NCBI GenBank assembly: GCA_030740155.1
Contig: JASLXV010000069.1
Location: forward strand, 98,643-162,642
Direction: 5' to 3'
Length of the DNA: 64,000 nt
Source of the DNA: Dehalococcoidia bacterium
GTDB lineage: Bacteria > Chloroflexota > Dehalococcoidia > Lucifugimonadales > UBA3495
The notes under the pieces: generated by a model
The model's database searches: none
Seen by the model: the letters and a program-made list of their open reading frames with translations, nothing else
Told to the model about the DNA's origin: nothing
Shown: piece after piece, positions 19,876-30,114 of the stretch
How the letters are laid out: each line of letters opens with the position of its first letter
How positions within the stretch are numbered: position 1 is the stretch's first letter
Program-made: the position numbers and the translations under genes

Positions 19876-21906
19876 ATGCTGTATCGCACCTATCGTTACT
19901 CTCGGTGGGACGGCACTCAAAGAATATTCGACATCGACGCCGACGAGTTGATGGAGCTTCTCGGGGACGATGTGCTGCAAGAGGGCGACATGACCCGGGC
20001 CCTTCGGGAGATGTTCCGCCGGGGGTTCCAGACCCGGGACGGCCAGCGGTTGACCGGCCTTCGGGACCTGATGGAGCAGCTGAAAAACCGGCGCCGCCAG
20101 CAGCTGGAACAGTACAACATGGACTCGGTGGCGGACGACATCAAGGAGCGGCTGGATGACATCATTCAGACCGAGCGAGAGGGCATCGACCGGCGTCTGG
20201 AGGAGGCCCGCGGTCAGGTAAACGAATCGGAAGAAGCCGAACGCGCCCAGCGGGAGGACCTCTACAAGCTTCTGGAGCAAAGGGTGGAGCGAAACCGGGA
20301 GCGGCTGGACAACCTGCCCGAGGGAGTCGGCGGCCGGATCAAAGAGCTGATGGAATACGACTTCGTGGCACCGGAGGCTCAGCAGAAATTCCAGGAACTG
20401 TTGGATATGCTGAAGAGCCAGATGGCCCAGAACATCTCTGAGCAGATGATGCAGCAGATCCAGGGTATGTCTCCCGATGAGATGGCGGCCATGCGGGAGA
20501 TGATTGGCGAACTCAGCCAGATGATGCGGGACAAGATGCAGGGGCGGGAGCCCAACTTCGAGGAGTTCATGGAGCGGTTCGGCTCCATGTTCGGCCCCGA
20601 CGCTCCCCAGAGCTTCGACGACTTGATGGAGCGGCTTCAGCAGCAGATGTCCCAGATGCAATCCATGCTGGATAGCATGTCCTCCGAGGCGCGCCGGGAG
20701 TTGGAGGAGGCCCTGGGCTCGGCCCTGGACCCACAGACCCAGGGCGCCATGGCCGATTTCGCCTCCCTGATGGAGCAGCTAATGCCCATGGACGAGATGC
20801 GCCGCCAGTACCCTTTCCTGGGCGACGACAGCCTTACCATGGAGCGGGCCATGGAACTGATGCGCCATCTTCAGGAGCAGGACCGCCTGGAAGACTCCCT
20901 TCGGGAGGCGATGCGCACCGGTAACCTGGAGGACGTGGACCCGGAGAAGTTGGCCGAGCTGTTGGGAGAGAAGGCCCGCCGGGCTTGGGAGGAGATGGAC
21001 CGGCTGCGCAAGCTCCTGCAGGAGGCGGGCTACGTCACCGCCGACGACAAGATGGACCTGACCGCCCGGGGCATCCGCCGCATCGGCCAGAAGGCGCTGC
21101 GGGAGGTCTTCGCCCACCTGAAAAAGGACCGGATGGGGCATCACCTGACCGATATCCGGGGCGCCAACGGGGACCTCTTGGCCGACACCAAGCGGTATGA
21201 GTTTGGCGATCCCTTCCAGGTCGACCTGCAGGCTACGCTCAAGAACGCGGTCCTACGGGCCGGGCCCCAGGTGCCGGTCTCGCTGACCCCCGATGACTTC
21301 GAGATTTATCGGACCGAGCACATGACGAAGACGGCCACCGCCGTCTTGCTGGACCAGAGCCGGTCCATGGGGCTCTACGGCAACTTTCAGGCCGCCAAGA
21401 AGGTTACCCTGGCCCTCCTGGCTTTGATCCGCACCCAGTACCCCCGTGACACCCTTTATATCGTCGGATTTTCCGACTACGCCAGAGAGATCAAGGAGGA
21501 AGACCTGGCCAAGATAAGCTGGAACTCCTGGGTCTCGGGCACCAACCTGCACCACGCGCTGATGCTGTCGCGGAAGCTGCTGTCCAAGGAGAAGGGCGGG
21601 TCTCGCCAGATACTTCTGATCACCGACGGTGAACCGACCACTCATCTGGAAGGGGACCAAGCGTATTTCAGCTACCCGCCCAGCTACCGCACCGAGCAGG
21701 AGACTTTGAAGGAAGTCAAACGGTGCACCCAAGAAGACATCGTGATCAACACCTTCATGCTGGAAAACTCCTATCTGTTGGTGAACTTCGTCGACCGGAT
21801 GACCCGGATCAACCGGGGCCGGGTCTTCTACAGCAGCGCCGACAACCTGGGGGAGTACGTCCTGGTGGACTACGTGAACCAGCGTAGGAAGCGGGTCACG
21901 TCGTAA
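19876..21906 (+). CDS. VWA domain-containing protein with long helical N-terminus
   Basis: YRYSRWDGTQ, MIDAS DQSRSM, GTNLHHAL, ITDGEPT. Confidence 0.88.
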   Translation: MLYRTYRYSRWDGTQRIFDIDADELMELLGDDVLQEGDMTRALREMFRRGFQTRDGQRLTGLRDLMEQLKNRRRQQLEQYNMDSVADDIKERLDDIIQTEREGIDRRLEEARGQVNESEEAERAQREDLYKLLEQRVERNRERLDNLPEGVGGRIKELMEYDFVAPEAQQKFQELLDMLKSQMAQNISEQMMQQIQGMSPDEMAAMREMIGELSQMMRDKMQGREPNFEEFMERFGSMFGPDAPQSFDDLMERLQQQMSQMQSMLDSMSSEARRELEEALGSALDPQTQGAMADFASLMEQLMPMDEMRRQYPFLGDDSLTMERAMELMRHLQEQDRLEDSLREAMRTGNLEDVDPEKLAELLGEKARRAWEEMDRLRKLLQEAGYVTADDKMDLTARGIRRIGQKALREVFAHLKKDRMGHHLTDIRGANGDLLADTKRYEFGDPFQVDLQATLKNAVLRAGPQVPVSLTPDDFEIYRTEHMTKTATAVLLDQSRSMGLYGNFQAAKKVTLALLALIRTQYPRDTLYIVGFSDYAREIKEEDLAKISWNSWVSGTNLHHALMLSRKLLSKEKGGSRQILLITDGEPTTHLEGDQAYFSYPPSYRTEQETLKEVKRCTQEDIVINTFMLENSYLLVNFVDRMTRINRGRVFYSSADNLGEYVLVDYVNQRRKRVTS

Positions 21907-21929
21907 TCGTGCCTTCCGGGTAAGACGTC

Positions 21930-21997
21930 GCCCTCACCCAGCCCAGGCTGCGCCAGGGCATCCCTCTCCCAATGGGAGAGGGAACGAGGGTGAGGGC
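21930..21997. repeat. REP-like palindromic element, 68-bp family
   Basis: GCCCTCACCCAGCCCAGGCTGCGCCAGGGCATCCCTCTCCCAATGGGAGAGGGAACGAGGGTGAGGGC. Confidence 0.85.
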
Positions 21998-22105
21998 CCC
22001 GCAAGAGGTCTGGATGACCCTTCCGCGACCCGAGAAACTCTGGTAAGATACCGGGGACCAGAATACAACACGGGGGCCATATGGCTGTCCGGGGACGGGC
22101 GGCCT

Positions 22106-22140
22106 GGCTTTTAAGGCAGTCCAGTGAGGCTGGCAAAGCT
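22106..22140 (+). promoter_or_regulatory. PyrR binding loop (anti-antiterminator RNA)
   Basis: CTTTTAA..AGTCCAGTGAGGCT..CAAAG matches ARUCCNGNGAGGYU consensus; upstream of pyrR. Confidence 0.9.
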
Positions 22141-22190
22141 TAGCGCCCAACCGGCGGCGGGCCGACCTTCGCGGAGGGTCCTGGCCCATG

Positions 22191-22223
22191 ACTCCTTGCC
22201 AGCACGTGGCAGGGAGTTTTTTT
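22191..22223 (+). terminator. Attenuator terminator of the pyrR leader
   Basis: ACTCCTTGCCA-gcacg-TGGCAGGGAGT followed by a T run; 5' arm can alternatively pair with GCTGGCAAAG (22129-22138). Confidence 0.88.
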
Positions 22224-22316
22224 GTGCGGGCGAGGCCACGCCCAACACTCTCCGAACTCCTTGATCCGCTCAAGGTGACGGGCCGGAAAATAGCACTGCG
22301 GACCGGCGGGGGATGA

Positions 22317-22868
22317 ATGGCTGAACGGCAGATAATGAACCAAGAGGATATTCGCCGCGCCCTGGCCCGGGTAGCCCACCAGATACTGGAGCGCAACCGG
22401 GGCACCGAAGAGTTGGTCATTGTGGGCATCTACACCAGGGGGGTCCTGCTGGCCCACCGGCTGGCGGGAAACCTGGCGGAGTTCGAGGGGAACCAGGTGC
22501 CGGTGGCGGCGCTGGACATTAATCTGTACCGCGACGACATCCAGGACCGGCCGCCCACCGTGGTACGTCCAACCAACATGCCGGTGAGCATCCACCAGAG
22601 AAATGTGGTGCTAGTCGATGACGTTCTCTACACCGGGCGCACCATCCGGGCGGCAATGGACGCATTGAACGACTTCGGCAGACCCAAGGAGGTCCAGTTG
22701 GCCATTCTGTTGGACCGGGGTCACCGGGAGTTGCCCATCCGGTCCGACTACATCGGCAAACACATCCCCACCGCCCAGGACGAGCGGGTCAAGGTCCGCC
22801 TGGTGGAGACCGATGGGGTTGACGAGGTGGCGATAATTCACGCCGACCCTTCAACGGGCCCAAGGTGA
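22317..22868 (+). CDS. pyrR: Pyrimidine operon regulator/uracil phosphoribosyltransferase PyrR
   Basis: [46 protein letters not shown]. Confidence 0.96.
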   Translation: MAERQIMNQEDIRRALARVAHQILERNRGTEELVIVGIYTRGVLLAHRLAGNLAEFEGNQVPVAALDINLYRDDIQDRPPTVVRPTNMPVSIHQRNVVLVDDVLYTGRTIRAAMDALNDFGRPKEVQLAILLDRGHRELPIRSDYIGKHIPTAQDERVKVRLVETDGVDEVAIIHADPSTGPR

Positions 22869-22961
22869 ACCCAAGGGAGTACCCGCGCTGGGCAGGCTCG
22901 GCATCTATTCAGGAATAACCCGGACCGGCTCGTTGAGCCAACGTAGGGAGGACCAAGGGAT

Positions 22962-23981
22962 ATGAGTCTCTCGCATCCGACCGAGACTGCGTCGCTGGCC
23001 GCGACGGTGAACGCGGTGGATTTGCCGCCCCGGAAGCACGTCCTGGACCTGGACGATTTCTCGCCGGGGGAAATCGCGGCGGTGTTGGAGTCCACGCGGG
23101 GCATGGCGGAGATCCTGCATCGTGACATCAAGAAGGTCCCGGCCCTGAGAGGCCGGCTCGTCGTTACCCTCTTCTACGAGTCCAGCACCCGCACCCGCAT
23201 CTCTTTCGAAGAAGCCGGTAAAGTGCTCAGCGCCGACGTCATCAACATGTCAGCCTCGGGCAGCAGCGTCGACAAAGGTGAGTCCCTGCTCAATACCGGA
23301 TTGACCCTGCAGGCCATGGGAGTTGACATAATCGTGACGCGGCACCCCCATTCCGGCGCGCCCCACCTGCTGACCCGGCACCTGGAGCGCGTTGGGATCA
23401 TCAACGCCGGAGACGGGATTCACGCCCACCCAACCCAGGCGCTATTGGACCTGTATACCGTGCAAGAAATGCTGGGACGGCTCAAGGGGTTGAAGGTCGT
23501 GATCGTGGGAGATGTCCTGCACAGCAGGGTAGCCCGGTCCAACATCTGGGGCTTCGCCAAGATGGGCGCCCGGGTGGTCCTCTGCGGGCCGCCCACCCTG
23601 CTCCCGGTGGACTTGCTGCGCCGCGGAGAACAGAACGGGGAACACCACCCGGCTTTGGACTCGGTGGAAGTGGATACAGACCTCGACCGGGCGATCCGGG
23701 ATGCCGACGTGGTAATGGCCCTCCGGCTACAGGCGGAGCGGCAGGGGGGAGGCTTTCTGCCCAGCTTGCGGGAATACGTCCGGCGTTGGCAGGTAACCGA
23801 GGAACGGCTGGCCCTGGCCAAGCCCGAGGCCCTGGTAATGCACCCTGGCCCCATGAACGAGGGGATCGAGATCAGCTCCAGCATCGCCCATGGCGGCAGA
23901 TCGGTCATCGAGAAGCAGGTGGCCAACGGTGTGGCGGTCCGCATGGCCCTGCTGCATCAGCTCTCCGCCGGCCGAAGGTGA
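22962..23981 (+). CDS. pyrB: Aspartate carbamoyltransferase catalytic subunit
   Basis: FYESSTRTRISFE, KGESL, NAGDG.HAHPTQALLD, MHPGP. Confidence 0.96.
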   Translation: MSLSHPTETASLAATVNAVDLPPRKHVLDLDDFSPGEIAAVLESTRGMAEILHRDIKKVPALRGRLVVTLFYESSTRTRISFEEAGKVLSADVINMSASGSSVDKGESLLNTGLTLQAMGVDIIVTRHPHSGAPHLLTRHLERVGIINAGDGIHAHPTQALLDLYTVQEMLGRLKGLKVVIVGDVLHSRVARSNIWGFAKMGARVVLCGPPTLLPVDLLRRGEQNGEHHPALDSVEVDTDLDRAIRDADVVMALRLQAERQGGGFLPSLREYVRRWQVTEERLALAKPEALVMHPGPMNEGIEISSSIAHGGRSVIEKQVANGVAVRMALLHQLSAGRR

Positions 23982-24227
23982 GCCCGAGCTAGAAAGTCCC
24001 TCTGCGCCCCGTTTGGGCTTCGCTACAGAAACGTCATTCCGAAGGGCGATGCCGCAAGGAACCTGGTACGGTGTTCTTCCGTCGCGGCCCGGCCCCACCA
24101 CCCCAGGCCCCCCACTTCACGCGAGGCGACATAATCCCAGTTACTTTTGAGGCAAGGCTTTATTGGGGAGTGCTGCTGCTTCTGGGCCACGATGCGAGCG
24201 CAGGTCAGGGGCCAGGAGGCCGCCAGG

Positions 24228-24530
24228 CTATCGTCCGGCCAACCCGTCCTCGTGCCGCCTTTTCCCATAGGGACGAAAGTCGGACATCGAGGGAGGAACC
24301 GGCCGTCGCGACGAAGTAAGCGTGGTAACTAGCAAGTGGATAGCGCCGGCAAGCACGATCCCCACAACTAATCCCAACGGGATGATGATGATGCTCACCG
24401 CGGCGCCATAGAAAAGCACGCCCACGTCGATTATGGATCCCGGGACAGTGCGGTCCAAATGCATGATGTAGAAGATAGCTGTCGGGGAGATTGCCCCGAG
24501 GAGCCCCATGCCTACGTACAGCCACTTCAT
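24228..24530 (-). CDS. Small hypothetical membrane protein
   Basis: Two hydrophobic helices; no recognisable family. Confidence 0.45.
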   Translation of the reverse strand: MKWLYVGMGLLGAISPTAIFYIMHLDRTVPGSIIDVGVLFYGAAVSIIIIPLGLVVGIVLAGAIHLLVTTLTSSRRPVPPSMSDFRPYGKRRHEDGLAGR

Positions 24531-24753
24531 TCCAGACCATCAGTGCCCAGGTCAGATTGCGCGCGCCCGGTAGGAACGCCATGCTCGACAAAACTAATTG
24601 TAGGTGTGCCTTCGGAAGCCGTCAAGCGGCAGTTACTGATCTTGCCCGCCTCGGCGGGGGACCGGCCCCTTGGCGGCGGCGGCCGGAGCGTACCGGCAAG
24701 CGTTGCGCCGTACCACACCTGGCGTTATAGTGGCCCCGGAAGGGGGCAGTGCC

Positions 24754-25539
24754 ATGAACATAGCCAGGTTCCGGGCCGAGGGCCGGGTTCGCTATGGTGT
24801 GGTCGAGGGGGACTCTGTAACGGACATCCTCGGCAGCCCATTTCAGGGTGAGGTCCGGATGAGTTCCCGCAGCCGACGCCTGGCCGAGGTGGCCCTGCTT
24901 CCCGTGACCTCCCCCAGTCAGGTGTTCGGAGGGGTGGGGGTCAACTACCGCGACCATCTGGCCCAGGCCCAGGAATCCAGCGACATCCCTTTCAGCAACG
25001 TGGGTATCCAGCCATTTCCCAAGAGCAACGCGTCTCTAACCGGGAGTGGTTCTCCGATCGTGCTGACGCCGGAAGCCGGCGCAGTGCACTACGAGGGGGA
25101 GTTGGTCGTGGTGATCGGCCGCCGGGCCCGCCGGGTAAGCTGGGAATGTGCTCTGGACTACGTTCTGGGATATACCTGCGGCAACGATGTCACCGAGAAA
25201 TCGATCTGGGAGAAAGATTACTCCGACTGGCGCTCCAAGGGCCTTCCCACCTGGGGCCCGGTGGGACCTTGGATCGCAACCCACCTGGAACCCAGCAACC
25301 TGGATGTAACCGAGCGCTTAAACGGCCTGGTGGAGCACCGGTTCAATACCGGGGACATGATCCATGACGTGGCGTCAATCGTCAGCTACAACAGCCAGTA
25401 CACCACGCTGTTTCCGGGCGACCTCATCTTCACGGGAACCTCGGGTTCCACCAGAGCGATGAAACCTGGCGATGTGGTGGAGGTGGAGATATCCGGCATC
25501 GGCACACTGAAGAATCCGGTCTCAATGGAGAAGGTGTAG
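24754..25539 (+). CDS. Fumarylacetoacetate hydrolase family protein
   Basis: GVNYRDH, HYEGELVVVIG, GYTCGNDVT, GPVGPWI, PGDLIFTGT. Confidence 0.92.
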   Translation: MNIARFRAEGRVRYGVVEGDSVTDILGSPFQGEVRMSSRSRRLAEVALLPVTSPSQVFGGVGVNYRDHLAQAQESSDIPFSNVGIQPFPKSNASLTGSGSPIVLTPEAGAVHYEGELVVVIGRRARRVSWECALDYVLGYTCGNDVTEKSIWEKDYSDWRSKGLPTWGPVGPWIATHLEPSNLDVTERLNGLVEHRFNTGDMIHDVASIVSYNSQYTTLFPGDLIFTGTSGSTRAMKPGDVVEVEISGIGTLKNPVSMEKV

Positions 25540-25599
25540 GCCGCGCCCGGCACCGCATTGAGCCAGCGGCAAGACTCGTGGAAACAAGGAGTGGCATAT

Positions 25600-26007
25600 A
25601 TGGATAGCGAAGTCAGAGGGCTACAGGAAGACCTGCGGAAGATGGAAGAGGTCGCGGGCGAGAGCCTGGGCAGCGTCCGAGAATCAAGTCTTGACCTGGC
25701 GATCGAAGACGGGCGCACCCTCCGGCAGGTGATCTACGACTTGACCGATCATTACCGGGAGCATATCGAGCAGTTGCTCTGGTCCAAGTGGGGCCAGAAG
25801 ATCGGGCGGACTGAAATCAGGCGGGCCCTGGCGGAGCTTCAGAGTGTCCGCTCCCAATTCGCGGCTTATTTCACGGACCTGCAAGACGCGCAGTTGGATG
25901 TTTCCAGCGCCTCCGCCCAGGATTCCTCACCCCGGGAGATCATTCTTCACGCGCTGGAGGAGGAAGACCGGGTCATGAAGGCCATTGACAAAGTCCTCGG
26001 GGAGTAA
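25600..26007 (+). CDS. DinB/YfiT-like four-helix-bundle protein
   Basis: TLRQVIYDLTDHYREHIEQL; paralogous to next gene; AGGAG SD. Confidence 0.7.
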   Translation: MDSEVRGLQEDLRKMEEVAGESLGSVRESSLDLAIEDGRTLRQVIYDLTDHYREHIEQLLWSKWGQKIGRTEIRRALAELQSVRSQFAAYFTDLQDAQLDVSSASAQDSSPREIILHALEEEDRVMKAIDKVLGE

Positions 26008-26141
26008 AGAAGGGCGGACTCCCTGCTCCCCCTCGTTCGGGAAGATTATCCGGCCCACCCAAAGGGTACGCCCAAAACAACCAACAGTAAGCTATTAAAC
26101 GTCCCGTGATTTCAGGGACGCCATCTAGGAGGAGGTTTCTC

Positions 26142-26636
26142 ATGGACACCGAGGTGCGCGAATTGATCGAGAAGCTGGAGACCCAGCGGCGGGAGGGCAT
26201 GGAGCTTCTCCTCACCTTGACCGATGACCAACTGAACAGGCCTTTCACCGACGAGCGCTCTACGGAAGAAGGCCCGTTCACCATTCGGCGCCTGCTTCAC
26301 CGGATATCGACCCATCATACCGACCATATCCAGCACATCCTCAAGGTCCGCCGGGCCATGGGTTTGCCCCGCAGCGAGACCACCCGGGCCCTCGCCGAGA
26401 TGCAGGCGATCCGGGCCGAGCTTGTCACCAGCCTGACGGACCTGAACGACGAGGACTTGCATCGAGACGCCTCCGAGGGCAACGAGATGGGGAACCTCAA
26501 GCAGCGTACCGGGGAAGAGCCAGAATACACGATACGCCGCATCGTGGAGCACGTGGTGGAGATGGAGGAGATACGACTGACCCACATTCGGATGGCCCTC
26601 ACCAGCGACAAGGGCGTCAATCCGGAAATCCATTAG
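26142..26636 (+). CDS. DinB/YfiT-like protein with internal repeat
   Basis: TIRRLLHRISTHHTDHIQHI and TIRRIVEHVVEME; AGGAGG SD. Confidence 0.78.
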   Translation: MDTEVRELIEKLETQRREGMELLLTLTDDQLNRPFTDERSTEEGPFTIRRLLHRISTHHTDHIQHILKVRRAMGLPRSETTRALAEMQAIRAELVTSLTDLNDEDLHRDASEGNEMGNLKQRTGEEPEYTIRRIVEHVVEMEEIRLTHIRMALTSDKGVNPEIH

Positions 26637-26798
26637 CCGGCCCGCCTGGGCGCCTGGGTCCTGTCGATTCAGAATCAACGCGCCGACCGCGGCCTCACGG
26701 CCATTCCGGCGCCGGTGGCGTCCGGCCCGGTTGATTGGCTCGCAGTTTCCGGAGGCGGAAATCCCGGAAACCCCGGAAATCGATGAACGGGAGATTCG

Positions 26799-28043
26799 AT
26801 GGAATTAGCTTCCACCACCGTGGGTGAGATCGAACCCTCTGAACGCAGATATCGTTGGGTGATGTTGGCCGGCCTCTGGCTGGCCTACACCTCGTTTGGA
26901 CTGGTCTCCGGCGGAATTCCGCCAATGGTCGGGACCATAAGCGACTCTCTGCACCTGAGCCCATCGGCCATGGGAAGTATCTTGGGGGCTTGGCCGTTGG
27001 TCTACATCGCAACATCCGCCCCCGCCGGCGCCTTGATCGACCGCTTCGGGCTGCGCCGGTCCATGGCCGCGGGCATCGTCCTGGTGGCCCTCTCCGGAGT
27101 ACTGAGAGCCGTAGCGGTCAACCATGCCACCATGTTCCTGGCCGTCGCCGTCTTCGGCCTGGGCGGGCCTTTCATCTCCATCGGAGCGCCGAAGCTCATC
27201 AGCGTATGGTTCAACCGGAAGGACCGGGGCCTGGCGATGGGCATCTACATGACGGCTTCAAGCACCGGGCGTATCTTGGCCCTGGCGACGGCCAATAGCA
27301 TCTTGATGCCCCTCTACCGATCCAGTTGGCGGCTCACCCTGGCCACCTATGGAGGCGTGGCTTTGCTGAGCGCGTTCATCTGGTGGTTCATGGCCCGGGA
27401 CCTGGAAAATTCAAGGGAGGAGGCGGGGGGCTCGCACCACTCGCTCCTCGCCGGTATGAAAGTGTTCCCCTTGCTGCTCCGAATTCCAGTCATGAAGATC
27501 ACCCTGGTCGTAAGCCTGGGCGGTTTTTTCTTCCGGCACGGCCTTAACGACTGGTTACCCGAGATCCTTCGAGACGGTGGCATGACGGCGGCGGCGGCCG
27601 GGCTCTGGGCGGTCTTGCCCATCGTCGTGGGGATTGGAACCACTCTGGTTGTCCCCCCAATGGCGAAGCCCAGCCGCCGCATTCCGATGCTGATTGCGTT
27701 CTTTCTGGCATCGGGGGGCGCCGCGCTGATGGTGGGTAACTCCACGGGCGTACAGCTTACCCTGGGGCTGGTCATCATGGGGGCGGCAAGCCGGGCCGTC
27801 TCGCCCATAATCATGCTGATCCTCATGGATGCTCCTCAGGTCGGTCCCCAGCGAATGGGCGCCGCCGGAGGGCTGTACTTCATGGTTGGGGAAGTGGGAG
27901 GTGTGTTGGGGCCAGTGTTCCTGGGTGTCATCGCCGATCTGTCTGGCGGATTCCTGGCCTCATTGATCATGCTGGCAGCCATGAGCGTTGTCCTGGCCGC
28001 CTTTTCCCTGCGGCTGGGATTTCTGCTTCGCAAAATGGATTAA
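26799..28043 (+). CDS. MFS transporter (CynX-like), copy 1
   Basis: 12 TM pattern, G.LIDRFGLRR motif A, WF..KDRGLAMG. Confidence 0.9.
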   Translation: MELASTTVGEIEPSERRYRWVMLAGLWLAYTSFGLVSGGIPPMVGTISDSLHLSPSAMGSILGAWPLVYIATSAPAGALIDRFGLRRSMAAGIVLVALSGVLRAVAVNHATMFLAVAVFGLGGPFISIGAPKLISVWFNRKDRGLAMGIYMTASSTGRILALATANSILMPLYRSSWRLTLATYGGVALLSAFIWWFMARDLENSREEAGGSHHSLLAGMKVFPLLLRIPVMKITLVVSLGGFFFRHGLNDWLPEILRDGGMTAAAAGLWAVLPIVVGIGTTLVVPPMAKPSRRIPMLIAFFLASGGAALMVGNSTGVQLTLGLVIMGAASRAVSPIIMLILMDAPQVGPQRMGAAGGLYFMVGEVGGVLGPVFLGVIADLSGGFLASLIMLAAMSVVLAAFSLRLGFLLRKMD

Positions 28044-28164
28044 ACCATTGTCTCCGGGCTGCCAATCCAGGCCCCGAGGCGGCTCATCGCGGGTTTCCGG
28101 TCCGCCTTCCGCCTGCCGGCAGGGGGATGTGGCGGATTCCGGGTCCGGCGTGAGCCGAAGAGCA

Positions 28165-28196
28165 GGGTTGACAGCCCTGTAGGCGCTGACTATGAT
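28165..28196 (+). promoter_or_regulatory. Sigma70 promoter with palindrome over -35 (copy 1)
   Basis: GGGTTGACAGCCC; TTGACA(28168)-17 nt-TATGAT(28191). Confidence 0.75.
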
Positions 28197-28685
28197 GCCG
28201 AAGGTGTGCAAATCGGTAGTATTCGAGCTAGCGCCGGGAATCTCTGCGCCTTGCGGGACCTCGAGTCCGGGGCCGTCAGTGCGGTTTGACGAGGGCGCAA
28301 GCGGGTTAATCCCTGGATGAATTCCAGTTCGCCGGTGGGACCTGCCGCCGATTCCGGGCGGGCGTTGGCTGGTTAAGAACCGGCCAACGGGTCCGGCCCG
28401 GCCATCCTTGGCCTCCAGGTACGGTCCTCCCGGGGCATGTGGCCCGGTTACCCAAGTGATGCGGGCTCCCGGAGCCAACAGCCGTCACCGAGGCTCCCTC
28501 CAGTTCAGCCCTTGCTGCCGTCTGTCGCAACAGGGGGCGCTCTGAGCACGATCATCGAGGCGATGCCCATTACACCGGTGCCATCGTCTAATGGGACACC
28601 GTTGCAGCTCGGGAGCGAGCTGCCGGGAAAGCCTTCGGCAGAGGCGCGGCCGGCGGTTGGCGGACAACTATAATCGGGAGACTCG

Positions 28686-29930
28686 ATGGATTCAGCATCC
28701 ACCACCGCCGGTGAGGTTGCCCCTTCCGAGCGAGGGCAGCGTTGGGTCATGCTGGCCGGCCTGTGGCTGGCCTACACCTCGTTTGGCCTGGTGTCCGGCG
28801 GCATACCTCCCCTCGTTGGACGGGTGAGCAGTGACCTGAACCTGAGCCGCTCGGCCATGGGCAGCGTCATGGGGGCCTGGCCCCTGGTCTACATAGCCGT
28901 GTCCGTTCCCGCCGGTGCTTTGATCGACCGCTTCGGGCTGCGGCGCTCTCTGGCCGTGGGAATCATCCTGGTGGCCCTCTCCGGGATACTTAGGGCCGTA
29001 GCGGTCAACTATGCCACCATGTTCTTGGCCGTCGCCATCTTCGGCGTGGGTGGGCCCTTCATCTCCATCGGCGCGCCAAAGCTCATCAGCGTTTGGTTCA
29101 ACCGTAAGGACCGGGGGCTGGCGATGGGCATCTACATGACAGCGTCGAACACCGGACGCATCCTGGCCCTGGCAACTGCCAACAGCGTCCTGATGCCCCT
29201 CTACCGGTCGAGCTGGCGGCTCACCATGGCCACTTACGCGGGGGTGGCGTTGCTGAGCGCGTTCCTCTGGTGGTTCATGGCCCGCGATCTGGAGCAATCA
29301 AGCGATTCAGCCAAGGGTTCCGGCAAAGACCTCGCCGCCAGCATGAAGGTGTTCCCCATGCTGCTCCGAATTGGGGTGGTGCGGATCGTCTTGGTCATCA
29401 CCGTCGGCTCCTTCTTCTTCAGCCATGGATTCAACAACTGGCTGCCTGAGATCCTTCGGGCCGGAGGCATGACCGCGGCCCAGGCCGGTTTTTGGGCGAT
29501 ATTGCCGATTGTGGTCGGGATCGCAACCACCCTGGTCGTCCCCATGGTAGCGAAGCCCGGCCGGCGCATACCGATGCTCGTGAGCATCTTCATGGCGGCG
29601 GCGGTGGCCGCGCTGATGGTGGCCACCACCACGGGAGCGCCGCTGACCCTGGGGCTGATTCTGCAGGGCGCCGCGAGCCGAGGGGTGATGCCTGTTATCA
29701 TGCTGATCCTCATGGATGCCCCCCAGGTTGGTCCCGAGCGCATGGGAGCCGCCGGCGGGCTGTACTTCACCGCAGGTGAGGTGGGTGGCGTGCTGGGACC
29801 GTTACTGCTGGGGGTCGCCGCCGACCTGACCGGAAGCTTCAGGGAAGGGTTGTTCATGCTGGTGGGTCTGAGCGTGGCTCTGGCTATCATCTCGTTTCGG
29901 CTGGGGTTCTCACTACGCCGGCAGGCCTAG
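28686..29930 (+). CDS. MFS transporter (CynX-like), copy 2
   Basis: Same length (414 aa) and long identical stretches with copy 1. Confidence 0.9.
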   Translation: MDSASTTAGEVAPSERGQRWVMLAGLWLAYTSFGLVSGGIPPLVGRVSSDLNLSRSAMGSVMGAWPLVYIAVSVPAGALIDRFGLRRSLAVGIILVALSGILRAVAVNYATMFLAVAIFGVGGPFISIGAPKLISVWFNRKDRGLAMGIYMTASNTGRILALATANSVLMPLYRSSWRLTMATYAGVALLSAFLWWFMARDLEQSSDSAKGSGKDLAASMKVFPMLLRIGVVRIVLVITVGSFFFSHGFNNWLPEILRAGGMTAAQAGFWAILPIVVGIATTLVVPMVAKPGRRIPMLVSIFMAAAVAALMVATTTGAPLTLGLILQGAASRGVMPVIMLILMDAPQVGPERMGAAGGLYFTAGEVGGVLGPLLLGVAADLTGSFREGLFMLVGLSVALAIISFRLGFSLRRQA

Positions 29931-30082
29931 TGCTTCATCATCCAAGACTGTCCTCTTCTCCGGAAGCCCCGGTAGCATTACAATGGTCTCGCCCCATGGG
30001 TCCTCCTCCTTGCCCTTTTTCGCGCTCTACTGATAGAAGGCGGATAAGGCTAAAAGGACTGCCCTCGAGGGGCGGGACCGAA

Positions 30083-30114
30083 GGGTTGACAGCCCCAAAG
30101 GCTCAAACTATGAT
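30083..30114 (+). promoter_or_regulatory. Sigma70 promoter with palindrome over -35 (copy 2)
   Basis: GGGTTGACAGCCC; TTGACA(30086)-17 nt-TATGAT(30109). Confidence 0.75.
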
